DNA of 64,000 nt from Lytechinus pictus (taxonomy: Eukaryota). The DNA is taken from contig NC_087251.1 of the NCBI RefSeq assembly GCF_037042905.1, positions 23,438,001 to 23,502,000 on the forward strand, in the 5' to 3' direction. The notes under the pieces were generated by a model. The model searched no databases, was not told the origin of the DNA, and was given only the letters and a program-made list of their open reading frames with translations. Positions 24,851 through 39,100 of this stretch are shown in pieces. How positions within the stretch are numbered: the stretch's first letter is position 1; every line of letters starts with the position of its first letter. A program made the translations under genes and the position numbers.

Positions 24851-27800
24851 TTATTCATTGTTCAGAGAAAAAATTCGATTCGATATCGAAGTATGTTTGG
24901 TATCCAGCTTATCGTCAAGTCAAGCAAATCTCACCTCTCAGCACAGATCATGAATAAACATAATCTAATTTTCATGGGTCTTACGGATTAGCCGATTTCT
25001 TTATAAAGCGCTTGTCTTTCCTGAAGCACATCAGCCAAGGATTCTGCAGATACCGTATGGTTGCGTTAAAAGACAAATCGAGGAACATTTGGGGAGTGAT
25101 TTGTGACATGGGGAATATGGCGCAGGAAAGAATCAATTTCCAGCACGGTGTACTCATGAAAATTCAACAGGGCTTTTACCTAAAACTTAAGTAATTTGAT
25201 TTATAATTGGTAAACCATGATTCGAAAGGTGTGGTAGCTCATCATCGCGGAAGTGAATAGATAGTTTGCCATTTTTTCTTTCTTTCTCATCTCTGGTAAT
25301 ACAGACTCAATTGTACCGGATGAAATACTATAAAAATATGATCAAATAAAATACACGGGATTAATAAACGTCTAAGTAATGTGTGAAAATGAATGGGTGT
25401 CATAAATGAAATATAAATGAAAATTGATACTAATTTAAGGAAAGTCATTTTTATGAATATACAAACAGATTATTGGTCTAATTGAATTAATTCAAGAAAT
25501 AAATCCACTGCCCCCTTCTCTAAATCATAGAAATATTGGTGGTGGTAATAACGGTAATAAACTCGAATGTACGACTTTTGTCATTTCAAGTAATATCAAT
25601 ACCATAATTTAATATCAAGATTAGTCCTATGTCTTCCCTGAGTAAGATCCATTAATTTCAGTTTTTCACTTTTATCATTTTAAAATTTAACGTTCATGTC
25701 AATGTTATGAATGACCACATGGTTCATTCGTCGTACTGCGAGACCAATATGGAATGGATCTTTCTGTACTGGTAAGTGGCCCTTACGAAAAGGGCTGGAA
25801 GCGGGGGAGTGAAATTTGTGAATATGAGCAATCAAAGGATCGTCTGCTCGTGAAAGAACACCGCGCCAAACTATTCTTGACAGTTGTACAAACTCAATTT
25901 CCGTATTCCATCAAGGGACCGAAATCCCTCCTATTATTTATTGCTCAAAGATTCGGCATCAATAACATCATGGTATTTCTGCATAACTGTCATTCATAGC
26001 TTTTCATTTGATGTTATTTCTGTCTTTTTTCTAGGGATTATAGGGTTTGAAGTTTTAATTGGGATGAATGGAAGAGTCAAAGAAAAAAAGAGAAGATTGC
26101 ACTGGTCACCATCTTTTATATTTTGAAAGGTAGTTTTGTCACACGTCTAAATTTACGATATCCGTAATTATGTTGGTTAGTATATTTTTAATGTCTCTTA
26201 CCTTAAGCAAAATAATAATTCAGTTGTACTGTGTATCCATTTTAAATGACAAAAAGACAAATATTAACATAGTGAATAAGACCCACTGTGTTCTCTGGGG
26301 TTCTAATGAAAACTATGACAATATTTGATATAAAGGGTTATCTGATATTCATCAAATATATTAGAACAATGTTAGTTGAGCAACTCATTCCGATTATTGT
26401 CAAACATTCATCATTCAAGCGCGTATTATGTATGTAGATTCAATTTTATAACCATCACTTTAAGGAATCTAGAACAAATTTCTACCAAATTTATCAATTT
26501 GCAAGATATTTAATTTAAAGAATTCGAGACGTCTTTGAAGGTATATGCCGGCAAATCTACTTAGATCCCCAAGTAAGATACATAACAAAATGCAATAGAT
26601 TGAACTTTTTATATGCTTAAGAACGCAATTGGAACACGATTATTAATTAGTATATACCGCGGTATTATCAAAGGGAAAGGGAAGTTTGCACTGATACAAA
26701 ATATTAATTGCTTCGGCAATGCACGTCATGATGGGTGTTTTGAGTGCACTAAAATAAATGCGTTTTTAGGAGTGACCGATGAGCGCAGCAAAGAGCACAA
26801 TAGGTTCGCGCTTTGCAAAGATGCGATGGCGCACCTCGAGAAAGCTCGCGTAACGTTTAGAATACGAATGGGTGTAGTCGGTATAAAGCAGGTTTTAATT
26901 CATTGTATTATCTGAGGAAGATATAAAGTAATATACTGGTTGCCGAGCTTAATAGAATCTCAGTCCCATGGATCAAAGGAAGAGTATCAGACGAGAAATC
27001 AGCTCGATTAAGATTTCCCATCATCATTACAAATACCTCATTAATTTTAATTTTAAGTGAAAGTTTGATCGATCCTTGAAAATCAAATCCAGTCCATTTC
27101 AGCTCCATAAAAAGCAAAATCCAATTACCTCTCTATTGATACCCTCTCTCGCTACTGGAAGGGAAATGAAAAAGGACATTTCAGGCATTATTTTTTTGAG
27201 AGAGACAGTTACAGAAATATATATCAGCTCATTTATTAAGATGGAGTATATATATATATATATATATACATATATGTGAAATAAAATCTCTGTAATTTTC
27301 GCCTTATAGACGGACATGCTTTCATTACGGAGGGTTTTTTTTTTTACTTCATTTTGCACTTATTCTACTTGATCAACTCCGAGCAAAACAATATCAACTT
27401 TGTGTGAGAGCGTGTGTGTAGCTGTGTGTGAGGGCGTGATAAAAATATGATTTCACATCGGGTTTAGATGAAATTTTAAAATGTCATAACTTCCCATTTG
27501 GAATCCGATTTCGATGAAATTCCAGCGTTACGCATGTTTGGATTTTTTTTAAATTCAAATCAACTCTTTGTTGGGGTGGACTTGCATTTTAAAACAACGG
27601 GAGAACTTTTTTACCTCAAAATAAAGCTGTTTGGTCGTATATCACGAAGCATCAAGACCCATACCCTGATAAATTATAATTTCACATCGGGTTAAGATGA
27701 ACAGTTATTGATGATGCAGAGGATTGAATGTGTTATGTCACTCAGATGTCCATGGTAATATCGAAGGTTGGTCACGGATGTAAATATTCATATCAGACAT

Positions 27801-29438
27801 GTAGATGATACACATTTCAGTAGTCCACCACCAACACACACACCCTGACACCCACTCGCGCACGCACACACATCTTCTAGTGACGGGAACTCACTTATCA
27901 TTAATCGCCAAAGTTGGGATGTTTATTTGCGGTCTCATGCACTAAAAATGAATTTAACCCACTAACCGGGCTAATTTTTGGGCATTTCGGACATACGTAA
28001 GCATAGTTCGCTAACCTTCTTAAGAATGTAAAGTTCTGATGTTTATTTGTTTGTTGTTCTTTTCTTCAATCCTTAAAGATAATGGTGCAAGAGAAGTACA
28101 GAAACCTAGGAAAAAAGCTGTAATCCCCAGTGAGGCTTTGGACATGTTGGACCAAAAGTTGACACCGTCAAACCAGCTTTCAACTGGAAAAGAGCAACCT
28201 TGCCTTGCAGCAAGAACCAAGGGTCCCTAAGAGAACGTTGTACGTACCTCGAACCCGTTGCGTCTCGAATTCTGACAATTAACTGCCTCAGGCAAATTGA
28301 TGCATGCACGTCTCATGATGATCTCCCGCCCGCCAGAGCTCAAGTCCACAAACGCTCTGCCCCCGTGCGGTATTTTTTCCTCGTAATACCTCGAATGGTC
28401 ACGGCTGTGGCCTTGACCCGATCGGGTCACCGCGCGCTTTGACCACTGGGTGCGAAGACAGTACTTCGAGCGGTCAATCTCATATTATTTCCTTCATCAT
28501 ATCGTCTTGCTGCGGTTAGGGTTTGCGTGAATTACGACGAGACGTGTGCATTAAATCTAGCAGCGTAAGGCGAACGATTGCGCCTGAATTGCGTGTCTTT
28601 AATCTTTGCTGGCCAACAGGGGAGCAGTACAAATATAGTCCGCCCCGCCATAACGGTCCCATTTTGATATCATATCAAGTTCACTAGCAATATTTTGGTT
28701 GCCGGTGTCCGCTTTTCCAATCTCTTTTACATTTCTTTCGTTTGACTTCGGATTCAGATAATTAAATTGAGAATAGTACAATCCAGTGTGTTGAAAAAAA
28801 ACCCACTAATTTCCCATAAATCCAATATTTTCACAAAAAGGGGCTTTATAAACATTAATTGCGTCAATGAATTGGATAATTATTGAAAGCGAGTCAAAGG
28901 TTATTGTTTTTACACTCGAATTTGCTGATCAAGTTGTTCATCTCCTTTATTTGCGATTTTATTGCACACCTTCAACACCATGAATCAAATAATCGTGTTT
29001 TTTTTTCAATTCTTACTAAAAAAAATGTATAGAATTAGACGTATTCTTCAATCAGAATCGCCATTTACTCCCTAAAGACACGATCTTCACGTGCAAAATC
29101 ATACCATCTTCCCTGTCATAATCTGATAATCACCAACATCTTCATCTTCACCACCACTGCCACCATGACGACAACGGTTACTACCACATTTGATATTTCA
29201 AGTAGAAAATATATGAAACCGAGATATGAATTACGAAGGAGATAGAAAGATCTGAATTGTGTGACTCTAATACCCCTATTATTCAATTGAACAAAACATG
29301 AACTTGGGGGTTCGTTTCCTCCCCTCAAATACCCTGGCGCCGACACTACTAGTCCATCAGCATCACTACCACCACTTTCATGACCGCCACAATCACCTAC
29401 AATGTCAAATGACACAATGACCATTGCAGGAATAACGG

Positions 29439-29477
<39 letters not shown>

Positions 29478-29495
29478 CGAGCATGACGATGATGA
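29439..29495 (+). repeat. (GAT)n microsatellite
   Basis: Seen directly. Confidence 0.95.
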
Positions 29496-29993
29496 TTAGC
29501 ATAGGTCTCCATCGATCATTTAAAAAAAAAATCTTCATCATCAATCAATCCCAGGTGCTTGTCCTCCCATTACCATCTTTACCCGGATCGCCGAAACGTG
29601 CCTTGTAAAGCAGCACACCACCAAATAGTGTCCTTCTCCTCCCTCTGGTTTCAAGGGGGTGTCCCGGGGCATCAGGTCATTGACCCTAGACGCGTTCTCT
29701 TGCTTCAGGTCGCTTGTTACGCGGCATGCACTCTTGTCAATTTGACAGGGAAACCATGGTGTTCGGAATGCTAAGTTTGTAGACGGGGTGTTTATTAAGA
29801 CCGTCTCTGTTAGGTAATGGCACCTGTGATGCCAATCAAAAACCATTAAAGAGGCATTCCCGATATTCCGTCTTCGGTTTATGTCTAATAACTTTGAAGA
29901 TATATCAAAACTAGAAATGCCGTATAAACAAAGTATCAAAAATGAATATCATTAAATGAAGAACTACGTTGGGGGAAAATCTAGAAGAGATAA

Positions 29994-30250
29994 TACACTC
30001 GAAAAAAATATTGGGTAAAAATGCTCCATGAGGGTAATTATGTGTCAAACCAATATTGGGCATTTCTTATTTCTTTGGGGCATTTTGTTTATTTAATGTG
30101 ATGAAAATTTTGCCAATTCTAGAGTAGTTTTTGCTTATTTGTTTAACCTTACTGGACAATATGCTTCCCACAATGGGTAAAATACTGCCTCAAATTGGTT
30201 GGACACACAATTACCCTTGTACTTATTAAAATTAATATTTTTACAGTGTA
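29994..30250. mobile_element. CACTA/EnSpm-like MITE (second family)
   Basis: TA-CACTCGAAAAAAAT ... ATATTTTTACAGTG-TA, plus subterminal inverted repeats AGGGTAATTATGTGTCAAACCAAT / ATTGGTTGGACACACAATTACCCT. Confidence 0.7.
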
Positions 30251-33200
30251 GGTATACTGTTTTATATAACATAACTAATCTGATAATGAAAAGATAATCT
30301 CCGTTAATGTGTTGTTGTTGTTGTTTTTGTAAGAGCACTATGAAAATCGAAACTTACGTACGAAGACTTGATGGAACAATTAATTTCAACACATATACGA
30401 GAATTATCAAATGCCCGTCGGCACAGTAGTACTTCGTAAGTACATTATTTACGTAAATGCATATTCTCGTGTATCTGATATTTCATTGTGAAAAAAATGA
30501 TACGTTAATCAATACAGAGTAAGAATGACATTCAACTGACCTATGGTATTATAGAGATGTCATGGGGAACAATATATACATGTGAGGGTGTGTTTGTGTG
30601 TGCTGGATGTGTGTGGGTTTCGGTGCGTGTGTAAAAGAAATGCATACTCTTGACCATCAGAACTGACGTAAAACTCATGCAACTCGTGTGACGCATTACA
30701 TGGCATGGAAGTTGTTTTATTTTATTATATTAAACAATCTGAAGTACATGCATGGTTTTATTTTCTTTTGTTAATCAATTACGATGTTCCACAAGGGTCA
30801 ATAATGTTTCATCTATTCTTCTGACATTTGCAGATGACAGGATTTTTTTTATTATTTTTTTTTATTGTTCTCACCATAATTTCTAGAGCTGAGGGAATAA
30901 TAAAATTCTATATGTTACCTTTCTTTTCATTTGTCACGTAGAATGATTTTTAAACTAATGCAACTGCATTTTACTCTACAGATATCTAGGCCTATAGGGA
31001 GATTAAAAAAAAAACTATGAAAAGTTATTCATCGTGATTTTCATTATTGTTAGTCATGATTGTGATTATCATTATTAGCAAAATCCTGTAGATCGATTAA
31101 ATGACGTAATTTGAAAGTTATAAAAGGTAATTTGATAAATTTATAAACTGATAAAGTAAATATATTTGACACATTGCCAACTGTTGGTGCATCAAAAAAG
31201 ATATAAATATTTTAGTTTACTTTCAGAAACAATCATCGAAGTTCATAACAATTGAAAGTTTTCAAGATTATGATGATAATTATGATGATGATGATGATGA
31301 TATTTATTGTTTTAAATCCATTTAAGAACAAGTTTTCAAACGTGGCGACGAGGTTAATGATTAAGATATATGGGGAAAATAAAAGGTACTCAGGTCAAGG
31401 TGATACTCATCCCACAGTCCTAATCGCTTTCTATTTAAACTAATAAAACTACTCAGATATCTAATAAAATGAAATAGATAATTTTAATCCATACACTTAT
31501 AATATCTACAAATGAAAATATATAAATACAGTTTCACGTTGTTCATATTTTCAATGTAACATATGGAACGTACCAGTGGAGTTATTACGCGAATATATTC
31601 AATGAGTGCGTTCATGCATGCCATACTTTTTTTTTTGCTAATTGACTTACGATAGATGTTTGACGTTATATTTATTATTTTAATACTCCCAACTCATTTA
31701 TTAATTGCTTCATGTAAGGGGAATTAAATATCAAATATTAATTTCAGTTCTGACTCCGAAATGTGAATTGTTGTTCAATTATTTGGTGCAATTAACCAAC
31801 AGTCGCATGCCCCTGTTTAAGCATACAAGGGTTTGAATTTTACGAGTGCTAACATTCATTTAAAAAAATCATTCGATCAGAGCGTAATTACCATCCTTAC
31901 TACGAAGTAGCTGGGAATAAAACAGAACCAACCTAAACGTAGATCTTCGATATTCAGGGAATGATAATGCCCTTGTTGTTGACTTTGTCTTTGATTCCCT
32001 GATATGATTCCGATTGACCTTCAAGAAGAATTTGTTTTAAAGTTAGGTGTTTCTATTCTTCCACGAATGGTATCAGAATGTTGCAAAATGTTAAGGGAGA
32101 CACCATTCAAAGCACACCCAAAAATAGATACAAGCTTCAATTGGGTTTCTATTTTTCCACGTCAAATAATACATAGGCTGTCACAAATGATCGCGAACAT
32201 TTTAAATGGAGCAAGTGTCGTTTAACCGCTCGGCGCTCATTTCGTCTTTGGTATGACTAGGGCTTGAATACACCTCCCCACATTCTGATCCCTCCGTTTA
32301 GAGTTCTTCAATTCCACGCATGCACTCAGGTGTTTTTTTTTTAATAATGTTTTCAGAATGATGGAAGATTTGTAGACATGATGTATCTTTAAAAAACGGA
32401 TTACATATACATACACGTATGTATATATACATATTTACACACTGAATTCATTTAAAAGAGAATGAGCAAACCAACAAAAAATTCACGGGCATGCAAATAG
32501 TGCTCTTTTAAATTTCACTCTAAATATCATGAAATAGGCTAGGGAACCCGACAAAGTTTTGAAAATGAGGGGGGAAATGGTCAAGGTTAACAGGCTAACA
32601 TTTCTTCTGACTGTATCATCAGCTCTCTAATGTATAATATTTGGCGATATCTGTTTAGGTCTGAATTATTTCATGAATGTAAATGTATTGATTATTCACG
32701 AGCCCTTTAATTTCATTTCGATCAATGAACTTTACCTTTAAAACGCTCCTTGGCCTCCTTTCACACCCGTAAATGTCCAAAAAACTGACCCTTAGAACGT
32801 CCGGCCTGCTGACCCAAGAGCTCGTAATATATTTTCACAAGTTGACCGGTAAGAGCTAATAATTTATCTTCTTGCGACACAAAAATCAATTCAGCAAACC
32901 ACCTTGTCTCTGCCCATCAAATCTTGTTACGAACGAACTTCGATTATTCGAGGTTGGAAAGGGCCAGATTGAAAATGCAGAATATCAGAAAGTGTAAACC
33001 AGATACAAGTGGTTATGAGTAATCGAATGCTGGGATAATGGCTTTTACGCAAAAGATCATTTTGATGGAGGGAGAGAGAGGGTAGAGCAGAAAGAAATAA
33101 AGACAGAGGGGGGGGGGGTAAGAAAGTAACATTAAGAGAATGAAAGCGAGAGGGTGAAAAATAGAATCATATTTTTTTTTCAGTAAGAGAAGTTCGCGAT

Positions 33201-35909
33201 ATCTAAGAATTTCATCTTTAGAATTTATTTTACTCCTCAGAATTTTATAGACAGGATTATTTTTTTATCTTTGAATGTACCAATTCATTTATATGAATAT
33301 TTTCTATATTATTATCTTTCTTATGATTATTATCATTATCGTCGTAATCATTTTTCATTATTTTCATCATCATTCATCATTTATCAAGAATATTAGAGGT
33401 GGAAAGGAAATGATAAGAGATGGAGGTAGTATGACTCTAAATTGGCTTTATGTTTGTAAGAAATTGCCAATTTCCATTTCTGTTTTTGTAAATGATCATT
33501 TAGTTAGCGATGATAAGCGTGAGCCAAATGAACATTCCCTTACATTTGTTCCCCTTTTTAAGTTTTTAAAAGGCAAATGACAACGATAAAAATAAGCTAC
33601 ATTATTCTAATGTCAAGATGTTTATCCACAAAATAGGTAAAAGTACTTAGAGCATCGGTATTGCACTTTTGGTAAGGCTTTGCCCTACTTAACTTGGAAA
33701 ATTAGATCCTGGCAGTCTCCTCTTGTTCCTCAAGATTTCATTAAGAAACAAGAGTCTTTGCACTCTTCTTCAAGAATGCTAAGAAGTGGCCGCCAAAGGG
33801 ATGTATTAACAACAAATTCAGTTAGTAAGGTCGAGATCTAACGAATAAAAGCACGAGATGATATATGATGTAAAAGAAGTGGATGAAGCCACTCGTGTCA
33901 CGCTGGTATATCGATGATTAGCTAACAGACTCTTATGTCGTCAAATCATAGTGATCAAAATAATCAACATTAATGCCTGCATTCTTCTTAACCTCTATGC
34001 AGATGGAACGAGAGGCACTTCTAAGTACGTTACTGAGATAATTCGGACATCTCTGGAGCAGCACGCAAATTAGGCTTGTACTTCTTGCACTGTTCCGATC
34101 CCCCGACTGATTTCCGTTGGCGGGAGACCTCAAAGATATCCTAAGATGGTTGCTCTCATCAAAACAAAACACACCAGAAAGCCTAAAGATGGAGAGAGAA
34201 AAGGGGGTACCGGTATTTTTCCGCTCCATTCCTCGTAATTATTTCATCCGAATCAAACTACGTATATCAGCATTATGCGCAAACCATGTAATCGTTGCTC
34301 TGAAGTCGTATCTTGAAATTAGAGGAAAGATACGAGCACTCAGAATGAAGGAAATGGTATGATTATGTGAATGGAAGAAAATCACATTTCGACTTCTTGT
34401 GGAATGCCATATACGGCTGTAATAACGAAGAAATGTTAACTATTATTACACTAGTTTAGTATCGCTTTTACTTATTGGATCATGTGATTCATGGTAGAAC
34501 CAATGCCAGCAGAAATAAAATTTATGATTTGATATTATTCATAATATTTTACCTCTGCATTTATATTTTAGGAGAAAAGGATCTCGAGCTGCCGCCTTTT
34601 TATACGCAAGATTTTACCTAAATGTATTATAAGTTTATATACTAATATCTGAATGCCTTTAGTCGACTTGCAAAATCTGACTGGAACTGACTAGAAAATA
34701 GGATACTCCAATAATAGGGTTCAAAAAAATTTTAATTCTGCTATGGATAAAATAATGATAAAACTACATTAAAAATTTGGTCAATACTCCATTTTTTTAA
34801 CCTAAAACCAACGGCAAAAATCATAGTGGCATTAAATGATAGTCGTATTTCTTTCTGTTTTTTGTTTTTGTTTTTATTAATTTTTTTAAATTCATACGCG
34901 TTTTATGTGGTTCTATTATACGGCAAAACACAATTACACGCAATTCGAAATCTTGTTTTCTAAGTTCAACACCTTTAACACAATCATAACTTTCATGTAA
35001 AATTTAGATATCATTATTTTGATCCTTGTATAACCTACTTTAAATTGAAATGATTATTTACATCGATCATAAACATAATTAGAGTTCACATGCATGCAGA
35101 AATGAAGAAAAAATCAATAAATTACCATTCGTGTAACAACCTGTTTTCACCGGAGGCTCAATAATGATTAAAATACAAAACAAGATAAAAAATAGTTGTT
35201 TTATTATGTGTTTGAGCTCAGGGCCACATACAAATATATTTGTTCAAAAGAATACTCAGAATCATATTAATTGAGACAGCGTGATGATCACTATAGTTAC
35301 CACGCAATTGAGCGATCAGTGTTTCATTATAGAGCGGATGAGAATTTTGCTTTCTCTTGACAAACATGAAACAGAATCAATTATAATAATTGAAAATATG
35401 TATTCTTTATCTTCTCTGTCAAGCTTATGTAAAACTAGACTTCAAGGATCGTAGAGAGTTGATATACTTATTTATATGATTTATCTTATCCTCTTTCAAC
35501 ATGTTCAAAGGACAGGCAAGGACAAAAATATAAACAATCGCGATGGAAATCCCGAAATAGCAAGAAAGAGGATATTAGTACAAAGAAATGAAATTGAAAT
35601 CAGTGACGCGCTACCATCTTTAATTGTTATTCTGTAAGGCTTCTGCATGAAAGCTAAATTAAAACTCAATAAAAAGGATACATCCATAATGAATGAATAA
35701 GTTATAAGCAGCAAAAGAATTACCACAAAGTAGCACTTAAATACATCATAAAATTCATGTTCCCGAATATGCAGGTACCGTACACGACTAAAGGTATACA
35801 CAAATAATAAATCAGGGTTTTTATAATTTTATGAGATTTTTACTAAACAATATGAAACAGAAATGAATGAACACAAGCGATAAAATGAAACTCAAAAGGT
35901 AAGTGGTTT

Positions 35910-36115
35910 GATCAAGAGGATAACCCCTCCCCTTCTGCAACGTAATTTATGCAACAGGGCCCGCTGGGAGAACAGTTTTCGGAACTGAAGTGGGGCTACC
36001 TTGGGTAAATATGCCGTTATTATTATTATCATTATTATTACTATCATTATTATTATTATTATTATTTTCATAATTGTTATTATTATCATTATTATTATTA
36101 TTATCATCATCATTA
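35910..36115 (+). mobile_element. 3' end of a retroposon with (TTA)n tail
   Basis: CAGGGCCCGCTGGGAGAACAGTTTTCGGAACTGAAGTGGGGCTACCTTGGGT matches the reverse complement of 54241-54295 and runs into a (TTA)n tail. Confidence 0.7.
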
Positions 36116-39100
36116 TACTACTAGTACTACTACCTCTATACTACTACTAGTATTATCTGACTAAAGATTTCGTTAAAAAAAAAGTACCTGCTGCAAGCCA
36201 ACTAAAGAAACGTAACTCTTCATACTGCAACGTAGGTGCGTTTCAGGTTAACAGGTGATATCTAATAAGCAGACAATTTTCATCACAAAGTTTGCTCTAA
36301 CGCATCTTACAATAATTAATATCAAGTGTTACACACAAGCTCAGGTTACGCGACGCTGGTCATTTTATACTTTTCATTCCGTCCACTTGACCCGGTGTGT
36401 TAAAAACTTTCAGTGGTAATTTAGTTGGCAGGTTCGACCTGAAAGGGAAGGAAATAGCAATTGAGATACATATCTTGTTTTACCCACCAATTTGTCTGAA
36501 GATCAACAAAGATTCACTAGAAACAAGTTGGAAACTGACGCTGACACTTTGCCAGACACCTTTTGTTATGAATGCGATAATCAAACCTATTTTGCAAACA
36601 AATACTCCACAATAAATGTCTATTTATAATCATATTATAATATCATTCATATCAAAACCACTCGCACATCATGGTTGAAATCATAATTTCATTGTCTGTC
36701 AGTTTGCAGCTGTGAGTCCATTATGATAAAGCTCTAGTCTTAAGGAATATAAGAACGTTCAAATGTCTTTTTAGAGAGACATTTAAGAGTGTTTCATAAG
36801 GTTGCTCGTGAAGTCACTCATGGCTTAATGAACAATTTGAATATGAACAAAGAGCACAACATTTTTCATCGATAATTAGGCAATACAAAGCAATATATAC
36901 TTTATCTAATGTCGTAAAAATGGTAGGCTCATTTTGCCCTGAAAAACGTTTTACCTTAAAAATGTTCACCTATATAATCATATCAACTTTGGACTATGTG
37001 ATGAAAAGTGCATGATTGACAATTCATCTTTTAAACGAAATGTGTTAATTTACGGACAACTTGATTAAAAAAACACTCCCCTTACATCGAAAGATACATT
37101 TCAATGCGTCAACGCGATAACATCGGATGATGAATGATCTTATCCGTTACTACTCAATTACGTGATTTCTAGATGTTTTGCATAAGAATTTCCTAGTTTA
37201 CATTTACACATTTCATCATGTCACGTCATCACTAATAATATTGCGGAGAAAATGGTAGATTAATATCTAGTTAAGATATTAAATGATAATAGTCACCAAA
37301 TCGATCGTCGTTTTTCCAATGTCGTGAATAAAGAATCGCCTTTTGAGCTACAGGATAAGAATAATTCTTGAACAAACTTTCTTTTGGAAAAATAATGGCA
37401 AGGTCAAGTGAAATTGAGATCAAGGTAGTTAAGTTCAATATTAGAAGCCGCATGATTGAATCATGTGATGTCTAGAAGGGAAGCCTTGTACAAGTCATAT
37501 CACTCTCTTTGGTCCGGTTTCTCTTGACCACTCAGGTCACTAATGGTCATTAACATGACCAAGTCAACAGGTCAATTATCGTTCTTCGAAGTTTGGATAA
37601 TAAATTTGGGAAATTTACGAATATTCATGATACAAGTTTGAATAATAAAACATGGCCTGGTTTTAATACTTTTCTCCCTTTAAACTATGTTTTTAATAGA
37701 GGCAGAAGAAAAGCATAAATATGACCTCTATTTATCCAAATCAAGCTTTTCTGATAATCACATAAAAACTGAGAAAATGAAAAAGGCTCTTTATCGTATT
37801 AATTTATTATGTCAATTAATTATTTGTAGCTATACGCCTATTTCCCCCCCCCCAAAAAAAAAAAAAAAAAAAAAATCAGGATCCCATTTAACATGGTTCA
37901 AGAAAGGGTGTTCTATCCTCACGACAAGTCAAGTTTAAAATTTCGAAATAGGCCCAATTTATTTCCATTCAAAACATTTATCATATTCCATTTGCCCGAT
38001 AATGCTTGCTGTGTATATTATTAAAAAAGTAAACATTCCAATAGTGTTTCCGTTCTATCTTCCAGAGAAAAAGTTCGTAAACTTGATGGAGATATAACTC
38101 TTCCACTGATCTTGTGTATCGATATATTTTTTGTTCTCACTCGCGCAAACTCGCACTCACCCACTTACAAACACACCCACCAACAGGTTCATTTTCGTAA
38201 CCACACACACTCGCTCGCTCACACACACCATCACACATCAGATTACGTGAGCATCCAGGAGGAGTATCTAACCTCATTAATTATTATGGTTTAAACTTTT
38301 GTCATTTCAATTTGCAGATGTGAAATGAATTAAAGAACATGAGTGGATCATTGGTTTCAGGTGATGAAACGTATTGCCAATTCAGCCGGCGATCTAAAAA
38401 TAAAAATAACCCAATTATTGGTATTCACCATAACATGGTATTCAGGTATTGAAGGTGACGGCTTATCATATTATCTTCAGGAAGGGTAGTAATTTACATA
38501 CAATTTCAAGATTACATAAATTGTCATGGAAATAAAGCAGATTATAAATTCATCAACAGGCAAGGCATGTATGTCGGTATAAGGAGATAAATTAACTGGG
38601 AAGGGGGTAAGCCGCTTTGAACTTCTTATAGAAGCATGCCCTGTTGAAGAAACCCGGGTGTAATGTTGTTAAACACCAACTGAGGAACGCAGATGAAGAG
38701 AGTGACAAGAAAGAAATCAGGTTACATTTAATAGCTAGGGAAATAAATGTTACATTCGACACTTATGAGCTATCGACAGCCTGCGGTCTCTTCACGGCAA
38801 ACTCCTGCAGAAGACTGCGAGCAGTGACCGGGTATGGATGGCCCGACAAAGAAGCGTTGCGAAGCTGCGTGTAAGGTTTGCGTGAACGGGTAATTAGCCG
38901 CAGGCGCTCTGTTTCGCAACTTGGAGCTTCCATGGGGGAGCGAGGCGCCAACACGGCTCATTACAGTGGTCATGAATAAATGAAACTTAAGCAAGGGATA
39001 TTAAAACAACCGGCGCATCATAGCTTGTCACTTTCTCATCCATTTGATACGTTATCCATCTTTGCTTTCCTTCCCTCTCACTTCTGAGCCTCCCCATCCC

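Noticed and set aside
29116..29939. 142-aa and 132-aa minus-strand ORFs
   Set aside because: The first is driven by triplet repeats; the second has no recognisable domain or splice context.
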